From an uncultured Armatimonadetes bacterium (GTDB lineage: Bacteria; Armatimonadota; Hebobacteria; Hebobacterales; Hebobacteraceae), in NCBI GenBank assembly GCA_963716175.1, contig OY970296.1, positions 832,001 to 896,000 of the forward strand: a stretch of DNA of 64,000 nucleotides, in the 5' to 3' direction. The position numbers were made by a program, and so were the translations under genes. A model generated the notes under the pieces. It ran no database searches and had not been told where the DNA came from. It saw nothing but the letters and a program-made list of their open reading frames with translations. How positions within the stretch are numbered: the stretch's first letter is position 1; the number at the start of each line of letters is the position of its first letter. Positions 20,476-30,818 of the stretch are shown here, piece by piece.

Positions 20476-20534
20476 CTTTCCCCCCCAAGGTCCGGTTCGG
20501 GCCGGGGTGGCGGCCCGGAGGTCCTAGCCACTCG

Positions 20535-21713
20535 CTACATCCGCCGGCGCCGACTCTCTGCTCTCTGCCGGCTGGCCGCGGAGGCGACCTCGGCTGCGCT
20601 CTCACCCGCGCTCCCGGGGTTGCCGAAGATCATCTTGCCGGCCACCGTCTGTAGCACACTGGTCACTATAATACGGAGCGTCTCCCCAATCCGGTCCTTG
20701 CCACGCTCCACCACCACCATGGTGCCATCATCCAGATAGGCCACCCCTTGGTCGGGCTCTTTGCCCTCGCGCACGATGGTCACGGTCAGCTCCTCCCCGG
20801 GCAGCACCACTGGCTTCACCGCGTTCGCCAGTTCGTTCACGTTCATTACCCGGATGCCCTGGAGCTGAGCCACCTTGTTCAGGTTGAAGTCGTTGGTGAT
20901 GATGGCCGCCCCCAGCTCCTTCGCCAGCTGCACCAGCTTCGCATCCACGGGATCGCTGCTGCGGATGGGCGAGCTGTACTGGTCCACCACCGTCACCTCC
21001 AGCTCCCGCTCCTGCTGCATCTGGTTCAGGATGTCCAGCCCCCGCCGGCCCCGATTCCGCTTCAGCGTGTCAGAGGAGTCCGCGATCATGTGCAACTCCT
21101 CCAGCACGAACCCGGGCACGCAGATGGGTCCCTCCACGAAGCCCGCTCGCGCCACATCCGAGATCCGGCCGTCAATGATCACATTGGTGTCCAGCAGCTT
21201 GGGCTGCGCCTTCGGCTTCTCCTCCCCCCTCCCGGCCGACCCAGTCTGAGTGGCCAGGTTGGGGAAGAAGAAGTACAGCTCCTCTTTCATGCTGAGGGTG
21301 ATGAACACCCCGAGGTAGACGGAGATCAACCCCACCAGGACGGTAAGCTGGGCCCCGAAATGCGGGATCCTCACCAGCAGCACGCCCAACAAGGCCGTCA
21401 TCCCCAGTCCGATGAAGATCCCCAGGACTACCGCCGCTTTGTCCCGGCCCGGCATGCGCTGCAGGTTCGACAACACGTCCCGCGCCAGGGCCACCGCCTG
21501 GCGGTAGATGAAGCTGGCGGCCGTGAAGCCCACGATCAAGCCAAACACCGCGAACAGCACTTTGTAGGTGGGCTCGAAGTAGGTGAACGGCCGCCATTGC
21601 TCTCGGCCCGCGATGGGCTCAAGGTAGTAGACACTGGCCGCCAGCACGCACACCCAAGCGGAGAGCGCGCCCACCATCAAGCTGAGGATGAGACCAACGA
21701 CTCTGGTAATCAT
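20535..21713 (-). CDS. yacL: membrane PIN/TRAM domain protein (YacL)
   Basis: 4 TM, KLLDTNVIIDGRI, TNDFNLNKVA, QGVAYLDDGTMVVVE, LQTVAGKMIF; start ATG 21713. Confidence 0.9.
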   Translation of the reverse strand: MITRVVGLILSLMVGALSAWVCVLAASVYYLEPIAGREQWRPFTYFEPTYKVLFAVFGLIVGFTAASFIYRQAVALARDVLSNLQRMPGRDKAAVVLGIFIGLGMTALLGVLLVRIPHFGAQLTVLVGLISVYLGVFITLSMKEELYFFFPNLATQTGSAGRGEEKPKAQPKLLDTNVIIDGRISDVARAGFVEGPICVPGFVLEELHMIADSSDTLKRNRGRRGLDILNQMQQERELEVTVVDQYSSPIRSSDPVDAKLVQLAKELGAAIITNDFNLNKVAQLQGIRVMNVNELANAVKPVVLPGEELTVTIVREGKEPDQGVAYLDDGTMVVVERGKDRIGETLRIIVTSVLQTVAGKMIFGNPGSAGESAAEVASAASRQRAESRRRRM

Positions 21714-21955
21714 CTCACCTGCCCGGCCGCAGCTGTGTGGCGGGTCCGCCCGCTCCGCGCGCCCCGCCACCTCCCACCACGGCCTCATTGACCTTTCGGT
21801 AGCATTCGCCGCCACCCCTGCACCCGAACGCACCACCTATGGGGCGGAGCGTGCCCCTGCCCGCCGCATCCCGGCCCTTATTTGACCCCATCAGCGCTCC
21901 CTTGGTCGCGCCCTCCCGCCTTGCGGCCAGCGGCCTGCGCCCCCCCCGGCCCAGC

Positions 21956-23362
21956 TCACAGGAAGGCCGCCTGGAAGGCGTCGTGTAGATGCTCCACCGG
22001 AACCACCTCCAGGCCTGCCCGGGACTCAGCCGAGGTGGGCCCGTCCGTGCCCGCCACCTGCCGGCCCTCGGCCTGGGGAACCAGGCAGCGCCGGAACCCG
22101 CGCCGCGCCAACTCCGAGAGCCGCCTCTCCAGCCTGGGCACCGCGCGAATCTCTCCGGTCAGCCCCACCTCGCCGAGGCAGGCCGTGTCCGGCCGGATGG
22201 CCTGGTCTTTCAGGCTGCTGGCAACGGCCAGTGCCAGCCCCAGGTCCGCCGCCGGCTCGGTCACGCGCACCCCGCCGGGCACATTCACGAACACGTCCGC
22301 GCTCGCCAGAGAGAGCCCGGCGCGCTTCTCCAGCACCGCCAGCATCAGGCAGGTCCGGTTGTAGTCCACTCCGGTGACACTGCGCCGCGGGCTGGCATAA
22401 GGTGAGGCCCCGCTCACCAGGGCCTGGATCTCTACCAGCAGAGGCCGGCTGCCTTCGAGCGCCGCCACTACGCTGGACCCCGGCACTCCCGCTCTCCGCT
22501 CCGCCAGCAAGGCGGCGCTGGCGTCTGGCACGCCCTCCATCCCCCGTTCCGTCATTTGGAACAGCCCCAACTCATCGATCGAGCCGAAGCGGTTCTTGGT
22601 GGACCGGAGGATGCGATAGCCCGAGTGACGATCTCCCTCCAGGGACAGCACCGTGTCCACCATGTGCTCCAGCAGCCTGGGCCCGGCCACCGCCCCTTCC
22701 TTCGTCACGTGGCCCACCAGAAACACCGCCACTCCCAGGTCCTTCGCCGCCCGCAGCAGCCGGGTGGCGCAGTCTCGCACCTGACTGACGCTGCCGGGGA
22801 GGGACTCGATATCAGGCGCATAGAGGGCCTGGATCGAGTCCACCACCAGCAACCCGGGAGCCATCCGTTCCACCTCGGCCACAATCGCCTCCACGTCGGT
22901 CTCCGCCAGAACCAGCAGGTCCGGCGAGACCGGCTCCACCCGGCGGGCGCGCAAGCCCACTTGCGCCAATGACTCCTCTCCGGTCACGTAGAGGCACTGC
23001 CCGTGGCCCTGGGCGAAGCTGTTCGCGCACTGCAGCAGCAGCGTGGATTTGCCTATCCCCGGGTCCCCGGCCAGCAACACCAGTGCCCCGGGGACCACGC
23101 CGCCTCCCAGCACGCGGTCCAGCTCTGACAGGCCGGTGGCGCGTCTGGCGGCGGGGGCGAGCTCGCGGACCTGCCCCGCGGCCGGAACCGGCCCTGCCGC
23201 CGCGATGGCGCCCCCCTGCCGGCGCGCCGCGGCGTGCCTGCGCCCAGAGGGAGCGCGCACTACCATCTCCACCAGGCTGTTCCACTCTCCGCAGGCGGAG
23301 CACTTGCCGTGCCACTGGCCGGCCTCGGCCCCACATTGTTGACAGAAGAACTTGGTCGGCAT
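21956..23362 (-). CDS. radA: DNA repair protein RadA/Sms
   Basis: CQQCG..WHGKCSACGEWNS, GDPGIGKSTL, KNRFG, Lon-like C-terminus; start ATG 23362. Confidence 0.96.
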   Translation of the reverse strand: MPTKFFCQQCGAEAGQWHGKCSACGEWNSLVEMVVRAPSGRRHAAARRQGGAIAAAGPVPAAGQVRELAPAARRATGLSELDRVLGGGVVPGALVLLAGDPGIGKSTLLLQCANSFAQGHGQCLYVTGEESLAQVGLRARRVEPVSPDLLVLAETDVEAIVAEVERMAPGLLVVDSIQALYAPDIESLPGSVSQVRDCATRLLRAAKDLGVAVFLVGHVTKEGAVAGPRLLEHMVDTVLSLEGDRHSGYRILRSTKNRFGSIDELGLFQMTERGMEGVPDASAALLAERRAGVPGSSVVAALEGSRPLLVEIQALVSGASPYASPRRSVTGVDYNRTCLMLAVLEKRAGLSLASADVFVNVPGGVRVTEPAADLGLALAVASSLKDQAIRPDTACLGEVGLTGEIRAVPRLERRLSELARRGFRRCLVPQAEGRQVAGTDGPTSAESRAGLEVVPVEHLHDAFQAAFL

Positions 23363-23452
23363 ATCGCCCGGGCGCCCTCTGAACGCCCATGTCATCAAGT
23401 GCTCGGCATCGCTGTCTGCCGGCCCTTGGGGGGAACGCCGCCCGACAGGAGC

Positions 23453-23487
23453 GGCGGGTATCCACCGGTGGTGGATACCCGCCCTAC
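23453..23487. repeat. GTAG-type REP hairpin
   Basis: GGCGGGTATCCAC..GTGGATACCCGCC-CTAC. Confidence 0.7.
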
Positions 23488-23558
23488 AGGCCGTTAATTC
23501 AGGATCGCCCGTTACCAGACACCGCCCCCCTCGGCGAGGCCGCCCGAGGCCGGCACAC

Positions 23559-26116
23559 TCAGTGGGCGAGAGAGGCCAGCGCCTCCGTGCGGCGGAAGAT
23601 GATCTCCACCTGCTCAGGTGACCCTTCGGACCCGCCCGACCCCTGCAGCACGGCCTCGATGGTGTCGCCCTCGTGGAACTGGCCGTGCAGCAGGCACTCC
23701 GACAATGGGTCTTCGATGTGGCGCTGGATGGCTCGCCGCAGCGGTCGCGCCCCAAGGGTGCGGTCGAACCCTTCCCGCGCCAGGAAACTCTTCACTGCAT
23801 CGTCCACCACCAGCCGCATGCCCTGCTCTGCTACCCGGTGCCCTACCCGGCCCAGCAGGAGGTCTACGATCCGGGTCACTTGCTCCTGGGTGAGGGCGTG
23901 GAACACGATCACCTCGTCCACCCGGTTGAGGAACTCGGGACGGAAGACCTGCTTGAGCTTCTCCAGCACCCCAGCCTTCATCCGCTCGTAGCGCTCCCGC
24001 TCCTCCCCCTCCACCTGCGCCGCGGTCGCGCCCTGGGCGGCCACCGACAATCCCATGCCCACGCCGGTGTCCACAGAGCTGGTCCCCACATTGCTGGTCA
24101 TGATCAGCACCGCGTTGCGGAAATCCACCACGTGGGCCTGGGAATCGGTGAGCCGGCCGTCCTCCATCACCTGGAGCAGAATGTTGAACACCTCGGGATG
24201 GGCCTTCTCCACCTCGTCCAGCAGGATCACGCAGTAAGGGCGCCGCCGCACCGCCTCGGTGAGCTGGCCCCCCTCCTCATAGCCCACATATCCCGGGGGA
24301 GCGCCGATCAGCCGGGAGACGGTGTGTCGCTCCCGGTACTCGGACATGTCAATGCGGACCATGGCGTCTTCGTTATCGAACAGGAACTCGGCCAGCGCCC
24401 GCGCCAGCTCCGTCTTCCCCACCCCGGTGGGACCCAGGCACAGGAAGGAGCCGACTGGCCGGCGCGGGTCCTTGAGCCCGGCGCGCCCCCGGCGCACCGC
24501 CCGCGACACCGCCCGCACCGCTTCCTCCTGGCCCACGATCCGCTCGTGCAGCCGCTCCTCCATGTGCAGGAGCTTGTCGGTCTCTCCCTCGCCCAGCCTG
24601 CTGACAGGCACCCCCGTCCAGACCGAGACCACGTGGGAGATGTCCTCCTCCCTCACCACATTCGCGCCTCTGCCCGCTGGCGGCGCCAGTCCTCCTCCAG
24701 AGACATCAGCTCTTCCCGCAGGCGGTGCCGCTGATCGCGCAGCTGCACCCCGCGCTGGTAGTCGGCCTCATCCCGCTCCAACGGGCTGACGCTCACCACC
24801 TTCTGCAGCTCCCGGGAGACCGTGTCCAGCGCCTGGCGCAGCCGCTTCACTTCTTGCGGCGGCTCACTAATCTGCAGCCGCACGCGAGAGGCGGCCTCGT
24901 CCATCACGTCAATCGCCTTGTCGGGCAGGAAGCGATCGGTGATATAGCGAGAGGAGAGGCGAGCGGAGGCGAGCAAGGCGTCGTCATCTATCCGCACCCG
25001 GTGGTGGGCTTCATAGCGCGCCCGCAGGCCGCGCAGGATCTCCACCGTCTCCTCCACCGTGGGCTCTCCCACCATCACCGGCTGGAACCGACGCTCCAGG
25101 GCCGCATCCTTCTCCACGTACTTCCTGAACTCGGAGAGGGTGGTGGCGCCGATGCACTGCAGCTCACCTCGCGCCAGCGCCGGCTTCAGGATATTGGAGG
25201 CGTCAATCGCCCCCTCCGCCGCGCCCGCCCCGATCAGGGTGTGGAGCTCATCAATGAACAGGATGATCTCGCCTGCCGCCTTGCGGATCTCATCCGTCAC
25301 CCGCTTCATCCGCTCCTCGAACTCGCCCCGGTACTTGGTCCCGGCCACCAGGCCCGCCAGGTCCAGGGCAATCACCCGCTTCTCGTGGAGCACCTCGGGT
25401 ACATCCTTCTTCATGATCCGCTGCGCCAGGCCCTCGGCGATCGCGGTCTTGCCCACGCCGGGCTCGCCGATCAAGCAGGGGTTGTTCTTGGTGCGGCGGC
25501 TGAGGATCTGGATCACTCGTTGAATCTCCTGGTGGCGCCCGATCACCGGGTCCAGCTTGTCCTCTGTCGCCAGCTTCGTGAGGTCGCGGCCGAACGCGTC
25601 CAGCACCGGCGTGTTGGAGCGAGAGCGCCCGCTGGGGGCCACCGCGGTGCCGCCCAGCAGCTTGATCACCTCCCGACGCACCTGGTCCAGGTCAATGCCC
25701 AGCGCGCGCAGCACCCGCACCGCCGTGCTATCGGCCTCGCGGACCAGGCCCAGCAGCAGGTGCTCGGTGTCAACGAAATTGGGAAGGCCCAGCTTGGGGT
25801 TCAGCTCCCGGGCTTCGTCCAGCGCCAATTCCAGCACCCGGCGCGCCCCCGCGCTCCAACTGCGCGATCCCTGCCCCGGGGATCGTGCGTCCATGGTCTC
25901 CATCTGGCGCCGGATCTCGTTCTGGGCCCGGCCCAAGCTAACGCCGAGCCGCTCCAAGACCCGCGCCGCCACCCCATCTTGCTCCCGGATGAGGCCCAGC
26001 AGCACGTGCTCGGTGCCGACGGTGTTGCCCCGGAAGCGCCGCGCCTCCTCCTTGGCGTATTGAACGACGCGGATGGCAGGCGGTGTGAAGCGCTGCAAGA
26101 TCTCTCCGTCCGCCAC
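23559..26116 (-). CDS. clpC: ATP-dependent Clp protease ATP-binding subunit ClpC, split by a 1-nt deletion near 24661
   Basis: Clp N repeats, [22 protein letters not shown]; second [43 protein letters not shown]. Confidence 0.93.
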
Positions 26117-26309
26117 CTTAGCCTCCTTTCGGGGCCATCCCTGACGGCCCCGTCACACCCAACAACCTCATCCTTGGTACCCCGTTCGGCCCCGGCAGGC
26201 AGCCCGGGCGCCGCACCTCCTGGAGAGCTTCTCAACCTGACCGAGGAGCCCAGCGGTCTGAGTCCTGTGGCTCGCCGCGCGGGCAGCGGTTCGGCGCACC
26301 CCCAGCACC

Positions 26310-27188
26310 TCAGCTGACCGGCACGCTCTCAGTGACCGTCACCTCCTTGAAGCGAGCCATCAGCCGCTTGGTGATCGGACCCGGAAGGCCATCTCCGATC
26401 TCTCGGCCGTCCACCCGGACCACCGGCACGATCTCGGCTCCGGTCCCGGTCAAGAAGCACTCCTCCGCGGAGTAGACATCGTAGAGGGTCAGCAGTTCCT
26501 CTTTCAGCGGCAAGTCCATCTCCGCCGCCAGCTCGAAAACCACCTGCCGCGTTATCCCCTCCAGCAGCCCCGCGTACGCGGGCGGCGTCACCAGCCCCCC
26601 CGCCAGACGCACGAAGATGTTGTCCGCGGTGGCCTCTGTCACATACCCCTCCTGATTCAGCATCAGCCCCTCGTCGGCCCCGGCGCGGGCCACTTCGATC
26701 TTGGCCAGGATATTGTTGAGGTAGTTCAGGGATTTGATCTCGGGGTTCAGCGCGGAGGTCGGGGTGCGCCGGGTGACGCAGGAGATCACCTCGAGGCCGC
26801 GCTGGTAGACCTCCTGCGGATAGAGGGCGATGGTGTCCACGATCACCACCAGGGTGGCCGGCGTGTGGCAATTGCGCGGGTCCAGCCCCAGGTCACCCTC
26901 CCCCCGGCTCAGCACCACCCGGATGTAGCAGTCGCCCCCGCCCCGACGCCGCACCCCCTCCCGGATGAGAACCTTCAGCTCCTCCGGGCCCGCCGGTGGT
27001 TCGAGCAGAATCGCCTTCGCGCTGCGGAACAGCCGATCCACATGCTGGTCCAGTCGGAACACCCGGCCCTGGTAGGCACGAATCCCCTCGAACACCCCAT
27101 CACCATAGAGGAATCCGCGGTCGAAGACCGCGACTGTCGCCTCCGACCGGGAGACGAAGCGTCCGTTCACATACACACATGGTTCCAC
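26310..27188 (-). CDS. ilvE: branched-chain amino acid aminotransferase
   Basis: GFLYGDGVFEGIRAY, IKSLNYLNNILAKIE, LEGITR, ECFLTGTGAE; start GTG 27188. Confidence 0.93.
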   Translation of the reverse strand: MEPCVYVNGRFVSRSEATVAVFDRGFLYGDGVFEGIRAYQGRVFRLDQHVDRLFRSAKAILLEPPAGPEELKVLIREGVRRRGGGDCYIRVVLSRGEGDLGLDPRNCHTPATLVVIVDTIALYPQEVYQRGLEVISCVTRRTPTSALNPEIKSLNYLNNILAKIEVARAGADEGLMLNQEGYVTEATADNIFVRLAGGLVTPPAYAGLLEGITRQVVFELAAEMDLPLKEELLTLYDVYSAEECFLTGTGAEIVPVVRVDGREIGDGLPGPITKRLMARFKEVTVTESVPVS

Positions 27189-27219
27189 TGTGGTAGACCG
27201 CGCCTCTATCGCCGGTATT

Positions 27220-27248
27220 ATCTTACCATAATCCGCACCCCGTGACAA
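27220..27248 (-). promoter_or_regulatory. putative sigma70 promoter of ilvE
   Basis: TTGTCA-N17-TAAGAT with TG extension. Confidence 0.55.
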
Positions 27249-27389
27249 CCGCTGCTCCGCATCACCCTGGCCAAGGGTTATGGTCGCTGGCCGTACATGG
27301 TAGGGACTAACGGCTGCTGCCGGGCTCGCGCCGAACCAGCGTGAGCTGCCTGCACCGGACGCGAGGTGCACACCCTCGAACAGGGGCCG

Positions 27390-27479
27390 CGGAGAGGCCG
27401 GGATTCGAACCCGGGACGGAACTTTTGGCCCCGTAACCGCTTAGCAGGCGGTTGCCTTCGACCACTCGGCCACCTCTCC
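27390..27479 (-). tRNA. tRNA-Ser(GCT)
   Basis: GGAGAGG acceptor stem, ACCGC-CT-GCT-AA-GCGGT anticodon arm, long variable arm, GGTTCGAATCC T-arm; CCA not encoded. Confidence 0.97.
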
Positions 27480-27494
27480 GAGCCGCCGAGTGCT

Positions 27495-27523
27495 ATGGTA
27501 TCACATTCAGAGACCGCGAACAA
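27495..27523 (-). promoter_or_regulatory. putative tRNA-Ser promoter
   Basis: TTGTTC-N17-TACCAT with TG extension, 15 nt before the tRNA 5' end. Confidence 0.5.
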
Positions 27524-27530
27524 GAAACGT

Positions 27531-27556
27531 GTAGGGCGGGCATTCCCATGCCCGTC
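27531..27556. repeat. GTAG-type REP hairpin
   Basis: GTAGGGCGGGCAT-TCCC-ATGCCCGTC. Confidence 0.65.
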
Positions 27557-27768
27557 GTCCCGGGATGGGCAGGGGACACGTGGCTAGGCCCTTCGGGCCG
27601 CCACCCCGGTCGCGTTGCGACCTAGGGGCTCCTGCCCTAGGCACTGACACTCCCCCGGGTGCGAGCTGCAACGCGCACCAGGCGACAGCCATCCCTCTCG
27701 CACAAGGGTGCCGCTCCCCCTCGTCGAATCCCCGGTCATGAGAAGACCCCTCATCGAGGAGGCGAACC

Positions 27769-28860
27769 GTGGATCTGTCCAGTCTCGCCGGACTGCCCAT
27801 TGTTGACTGCCATACCCACTTCGGCGGAACCAACCTGGAAGCCATAGACGCGATGTTGGAGGCGGAGGCGAAGGCCGGCATAGAACAGGTGAGCATTGTC
27901 GTCACCAGCTTCCCTGGCCGCGCCAGCACGGACCCACTCGCCATTTTCGCCAAAGCCAGACACCCGGAGAGGGTGTATCACTTCGCGGGGCTGGACCAGT
28001 CTTTCCTGGCGAAGGACGTTGATCACCGGTGGACCCGTTCGCTGGCTGAGCAGGTGGAGCTCTACGCCGCGCTGGGGGCAGATGGCATCAAGATGATCAA
28101 CGGCAAACCCAATACTCGCAAGGCCTCCGGCATCGCGCTCGACTCCGTGATCTATGATGACTACTTCGCCCGCCTCTGTGAAATGGGCTTCCCGGTGCTC
28201 TGGCATGTGAACGATCCCGAGGAGTTCTGGAACCCGGCGCAGGCGCCGGAGTGGGCGAAGGGGCCGGGGTGGCTGTACGACGACACCTTTCCCTCTAACG
28301 AGTCGCTCTACCAGGAGTGTGAGCGGGCCCTGGATAAGCACCCGAACCTGAAGGTCATCTTCGCTCACTTCTACTTCCTGTCCGACTTCCTCCCCCGGGC
28401 CGCCGCCTTCCTGGATCGCTATTCTCATGCTTACTTCGACCTCGCCCCGGGGATCGAGATGCTGCATAACTTCAGCAAGCGGCCCGAGGAGGCGCGAGCG
28501 TTCTTTCTCAAGTATCAGGATCGGATCATCTTCGGCACGGATTTCTCGCAGTCCCGGCTGATGCTCTCCCGCATCTGGGTGGTGCGGAACTTCCTGGAGA
28601 CCGACGAGACCTTCCACGTGCCCACGGATGACAACCTCTTCTGGCCCGACCATCGCACCATGATCCGCGGCCTTGCCCTCCCGGAGGAGGTGCTGCGCAA
28701 GATCTATGCGGCGAACTTCCAGCGCCTGGTCCCGGCTCAACCCAAGGCCCTGAACCTGCCGCTGGTGATGGCCGAGCTTGACCGGCTCGCCGCCCTGTCC
28801 GACGCGCTAGGCGCCTCGCCTAACACGGCGCGGCGGGTGGCCGAGCGGCTGGCGGGCTAG
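27769..28860 (+). CDS. amidohydrolase family protein (Amidohydro_2)
   Basis: IVDCHTH, PVLWHVNDP, VIFAHF, IIFGTD; RBS GAGGAGG. Confidence 0.88.
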   Translation: MDLSSLAGLPIVDCHTHFGGTNLEAIDAMLEAEAKAGIEQVSIVVTSFPGRASTDPLAIFAKARHPERVYHFAGLDQSFLAKDVDHRWTRSLAEQVELYAALGADGIKMINGKPNTRKASGIALDSVIYDDYFARLCEMGFPVLWHVNDPEEFWNPAQAPEWAKGPGWLYDDTFPSNESLYQECERALDKHPNLKVIFAHFYFLSDFLPRAAAFLDRYSHAYFDLAPGIEMLHNFSKRPEEARAFFLKYQDRIIFGTDFSQSRLMLSRIWVVRNFLETDETFHVPTDDNLFWPDHRTMIRGLALPEEVLRKIYAANFQRLVPAQPKALNLPLVMAELDRLAALSDALGASPNTARRVAERLAG

Positions 28861-28903
28861 CCCGCCGGGCCCGCGGCAGTGTCAGGGAACGCTGGCAGAA
28901 GGC

Positions 28904-28941
28904 GCGACAACGCCCGCCACACCAGTGGCGGGCGTTGTCGC
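28904..28941. terminator. 17-bp-stem hairpin between convergent genes
   Basis: GCGACAACGCCCGCCAC-acca-GTGGCGGGCGTTGTCGC. Confidence 0.6.
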
Positions 28942-28956
28942 CATCTTGGTCCAGAC

Positions 28957-29319
28957 TCAATCGTGCACGATCAGCACTACCAGAATCAGCAGCAGGAGCA
29001 CGGTTGTCGTGTCCCAGGACAGGGTGTTCGCACCTGCCGCCATCACGGCATTGAGGTCAGTCGCGATGGCGTGAACCTCCGCGTCCGTCAGCAGCGCGAC
29101 GCGGCTGGCTGCCTGTTGCTGCGAGAGGCCAAAGCCCATCAGCTTGGCCTTGATCAGCTCGCGCTCGGTCGCCGCCGTGCTGCCATCCGCCTTCCCGGCC
29201 GTGGTGCACGCGGTCTGCGACGGCACCGGCGCGCCCCACGCCATTGGCGCCATCATCGCCAGCGCCAAGGCCACTACTAACACCATTGCCACTGTCCGTC
29301 TGCTCGCTGTCACCGCCAA
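28957..29319 (-). CDS. PA2779-family small secreted protein
   Basis: Signal peptide, L..fG.s...A..RVA.LTD.E motif, extremely hydrophobic tail VLLLLILVVLIV; RBS AAGGAGG. Confidence 0.8.
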   Translation of the reverse strand: MAVTASRRTVAMVLVVALALAMMAPMAWGAPVPSQTACTTAGKADGSTAATERELIKAKLMGFGLSQQQAASRVALLTDAEVHAIATDLNAVMAAGANTLSWDTTTVLLLLILVVLIVHD

Positions 29320-29484
29320 AGCTCACCTCCTTTCAGAGCTCGGCCTCTGCGCCGAGCCACCGTCTGTAGTAGCCGCCAAACGATATTACCTCTTGTGCTT
29401 CGTTTAGTCCGCCAGCGCCGGAGCTGCCGTAGGCCAGGCTGGGAGCCTGGGCTACGGTGCCTGCTCGCCGGGCCACTTATCGCA

Positions 29485-30201
29485 TCACCTCTGCTCCGCC
29501 TTCATCCGCCGGGCCGCGGCCTGCTGCTCCCCCGCCTCCGCCACTCTTCCCATCGCGCCGTACACCGCCGCCAGGTGCTCGTGGATCGCGAGGCGGAGAG
29601 CTGGCTCCTGAGAGGTGGAGTCCCTCAGCGCCGCCTCCAGCGCGGCGGCGGCCCCGGTCTCGCTGCCCTGCAGATGATAGAGCCATCCCAGCGTGTCCAG
29701 CCCGTAAGCGCGGTGAGGCCCCGGTGCCTGCACCAAAGGTGTCAGTCGGGCTGCCGCCTCCTCCAGATGCACCCCTTTCTCTCCGCACAGATCGGCGAAG
29801 TTGTTCGCCGCGTCGAAGCTCGCGGGATCCGCGTTCATCGCCTGCCGGTACCGGGACAGTGCCTCCTCAGCCTTCCCTTGCTGGCGCAGCACATTGCCCA
29901 GGTTTACATAGGCCGGCGCGAATCTCGGGTTCCGCCAGATGGCGTGCTGGTACGCCCAGGTCGCCCGGTCGAGCCGCCCTTCCCGCTCATATAGGACACC
30001 CAGGTCGTTGAGTTGTTCCGCGCCCAGCCCGGCCACCAGGCGCTCCGCCTCGGCCCGACTGGGTTCGCGGTCCAGCCGCTCCCGGTAGGCGCGCAGCGCC
30101 GCGCCCAGGTCTACCTGCACTCCTCGCTTATCGGTCTGGCACCCGGCCAGCAGCGCGGCCAGCGCCAGCAGAGAGAGGGTGCTGATCGCTCTCACGCTCA
30201 C
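29485..30201 (-). CDS. TPR-repeat lipoprotein
   Basis: Lipobox LLAGC; TPRs LNDLGVLY, AYVNLGNVL, LDTLGWLY. Confidence 0.85.
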   Translation of the reverse strand: MSVRAISTLSLLALAALLAGCQTDKRGVQVDLGAALRAYRERLDREPSRAEAERLVAGLGAEQLNDLGVLYEREGRLDRATWAYQHAIWRNPRFAPAYVNLGNVLRQQGKAEEALSRYRQAMNADPASFDAANNFADLCGEKGVHLEEAAARLTPLVQAPGPHRAYGLDTLGWLYHLQGSETGAAAALEAALRDSTSQEPALRLAIHEHLAAVYGAMGRVAEAGEQQAAARRMKAEQR

Positions 30202-30769
30202 CTTCAGAGGCCCGTCCTTTGCCTTCCACCACCATCATCCAGCGCCCGCACTCCTGCCAGTCTCTCTCGAACCCGGCCCCGGAGGCGGCGTGCTCTTTGC
30301 CACTCCCGTCGTCGAGAAGCCAGATCCGGCGGGAGTCATCATAGCCGCGAACGACCACAAAATGGTTGCGGTCCGCCAGCCGCCCATGCCGCCGCACCAG
30401 GCAGATCACCGGGCGGTTCCGCACCAGGGCCCGCTTCACCTCGGGTGCGCTGCCGCGGCCCGCCCACACCTCCAGGCCCCTCTTCCTCGCCCACAGCAGC
30501 AGGTCGAGGTTCAGCGTGCCGCGGTAGCCGGGCAGGTAGATGTCCCTGGCGATCTCGGCGGCGGCGGCCTTCTCGCCGTGGAACTGGAGGACCGCGGCCA
30601 GCGCGGCGGGGCCGCACCAGTTGCTGTGGGGCTCTGCCAAGGGAACCCCGGAGACGTAGTGGCTGGACGCGAGGGCCTCGAGGCGGGGTGGAGCAGACCG
30701 GCCCCCACGGACCAGGCCCAGCGCCATCGCCATCCCCAGCGCCCACGTCAGCTCTACGACCATCCCCAC
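30128..30769 (-). CDS. C39-family cysteine peptidase (PA2778-like)
   Basis: GVP....NWCGPAALAAVLQFHG, IYLPGYRGTL, NHFVVVRGYD, F.RDW...GRW. Confidence 0.85.
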   Translation of the reverse strand: MGMVVELTWALGMAMALGLVRGGRSAPPRLEALASSHYVSGVPLAEPHSNWCGPAALAAVLQFHGEKAAAAEIARDIYLPGYRGTLNLDLLLWARKRGLEVWAGRGSAPEVKRALVRNRPVICLVRRHGRLADRNHFVVVRGYDDSRRIWLLDDGSGKEHAASGAGFERDWQECGRWMMVVEGKGRASEGERESDQHPLSAGAGRAAGRVPDR

Positions 30770-30818
30770 TCGCCCCTCCCCGGCGGGGCAGGCGCGAAAC
30801 CTGCCCCTGCCGCCTGGT

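Noticed and set aside
21956-23755. 599-aa RadA with N-terminal extension
   Set aside because: The extension spans the clpC end and a REP; homology begins at ATG 23362
27390-27800. Integrative element at tRNA-Ser
   Set aside because: No integrase and no duplicated tRNA 3' end seen in the window
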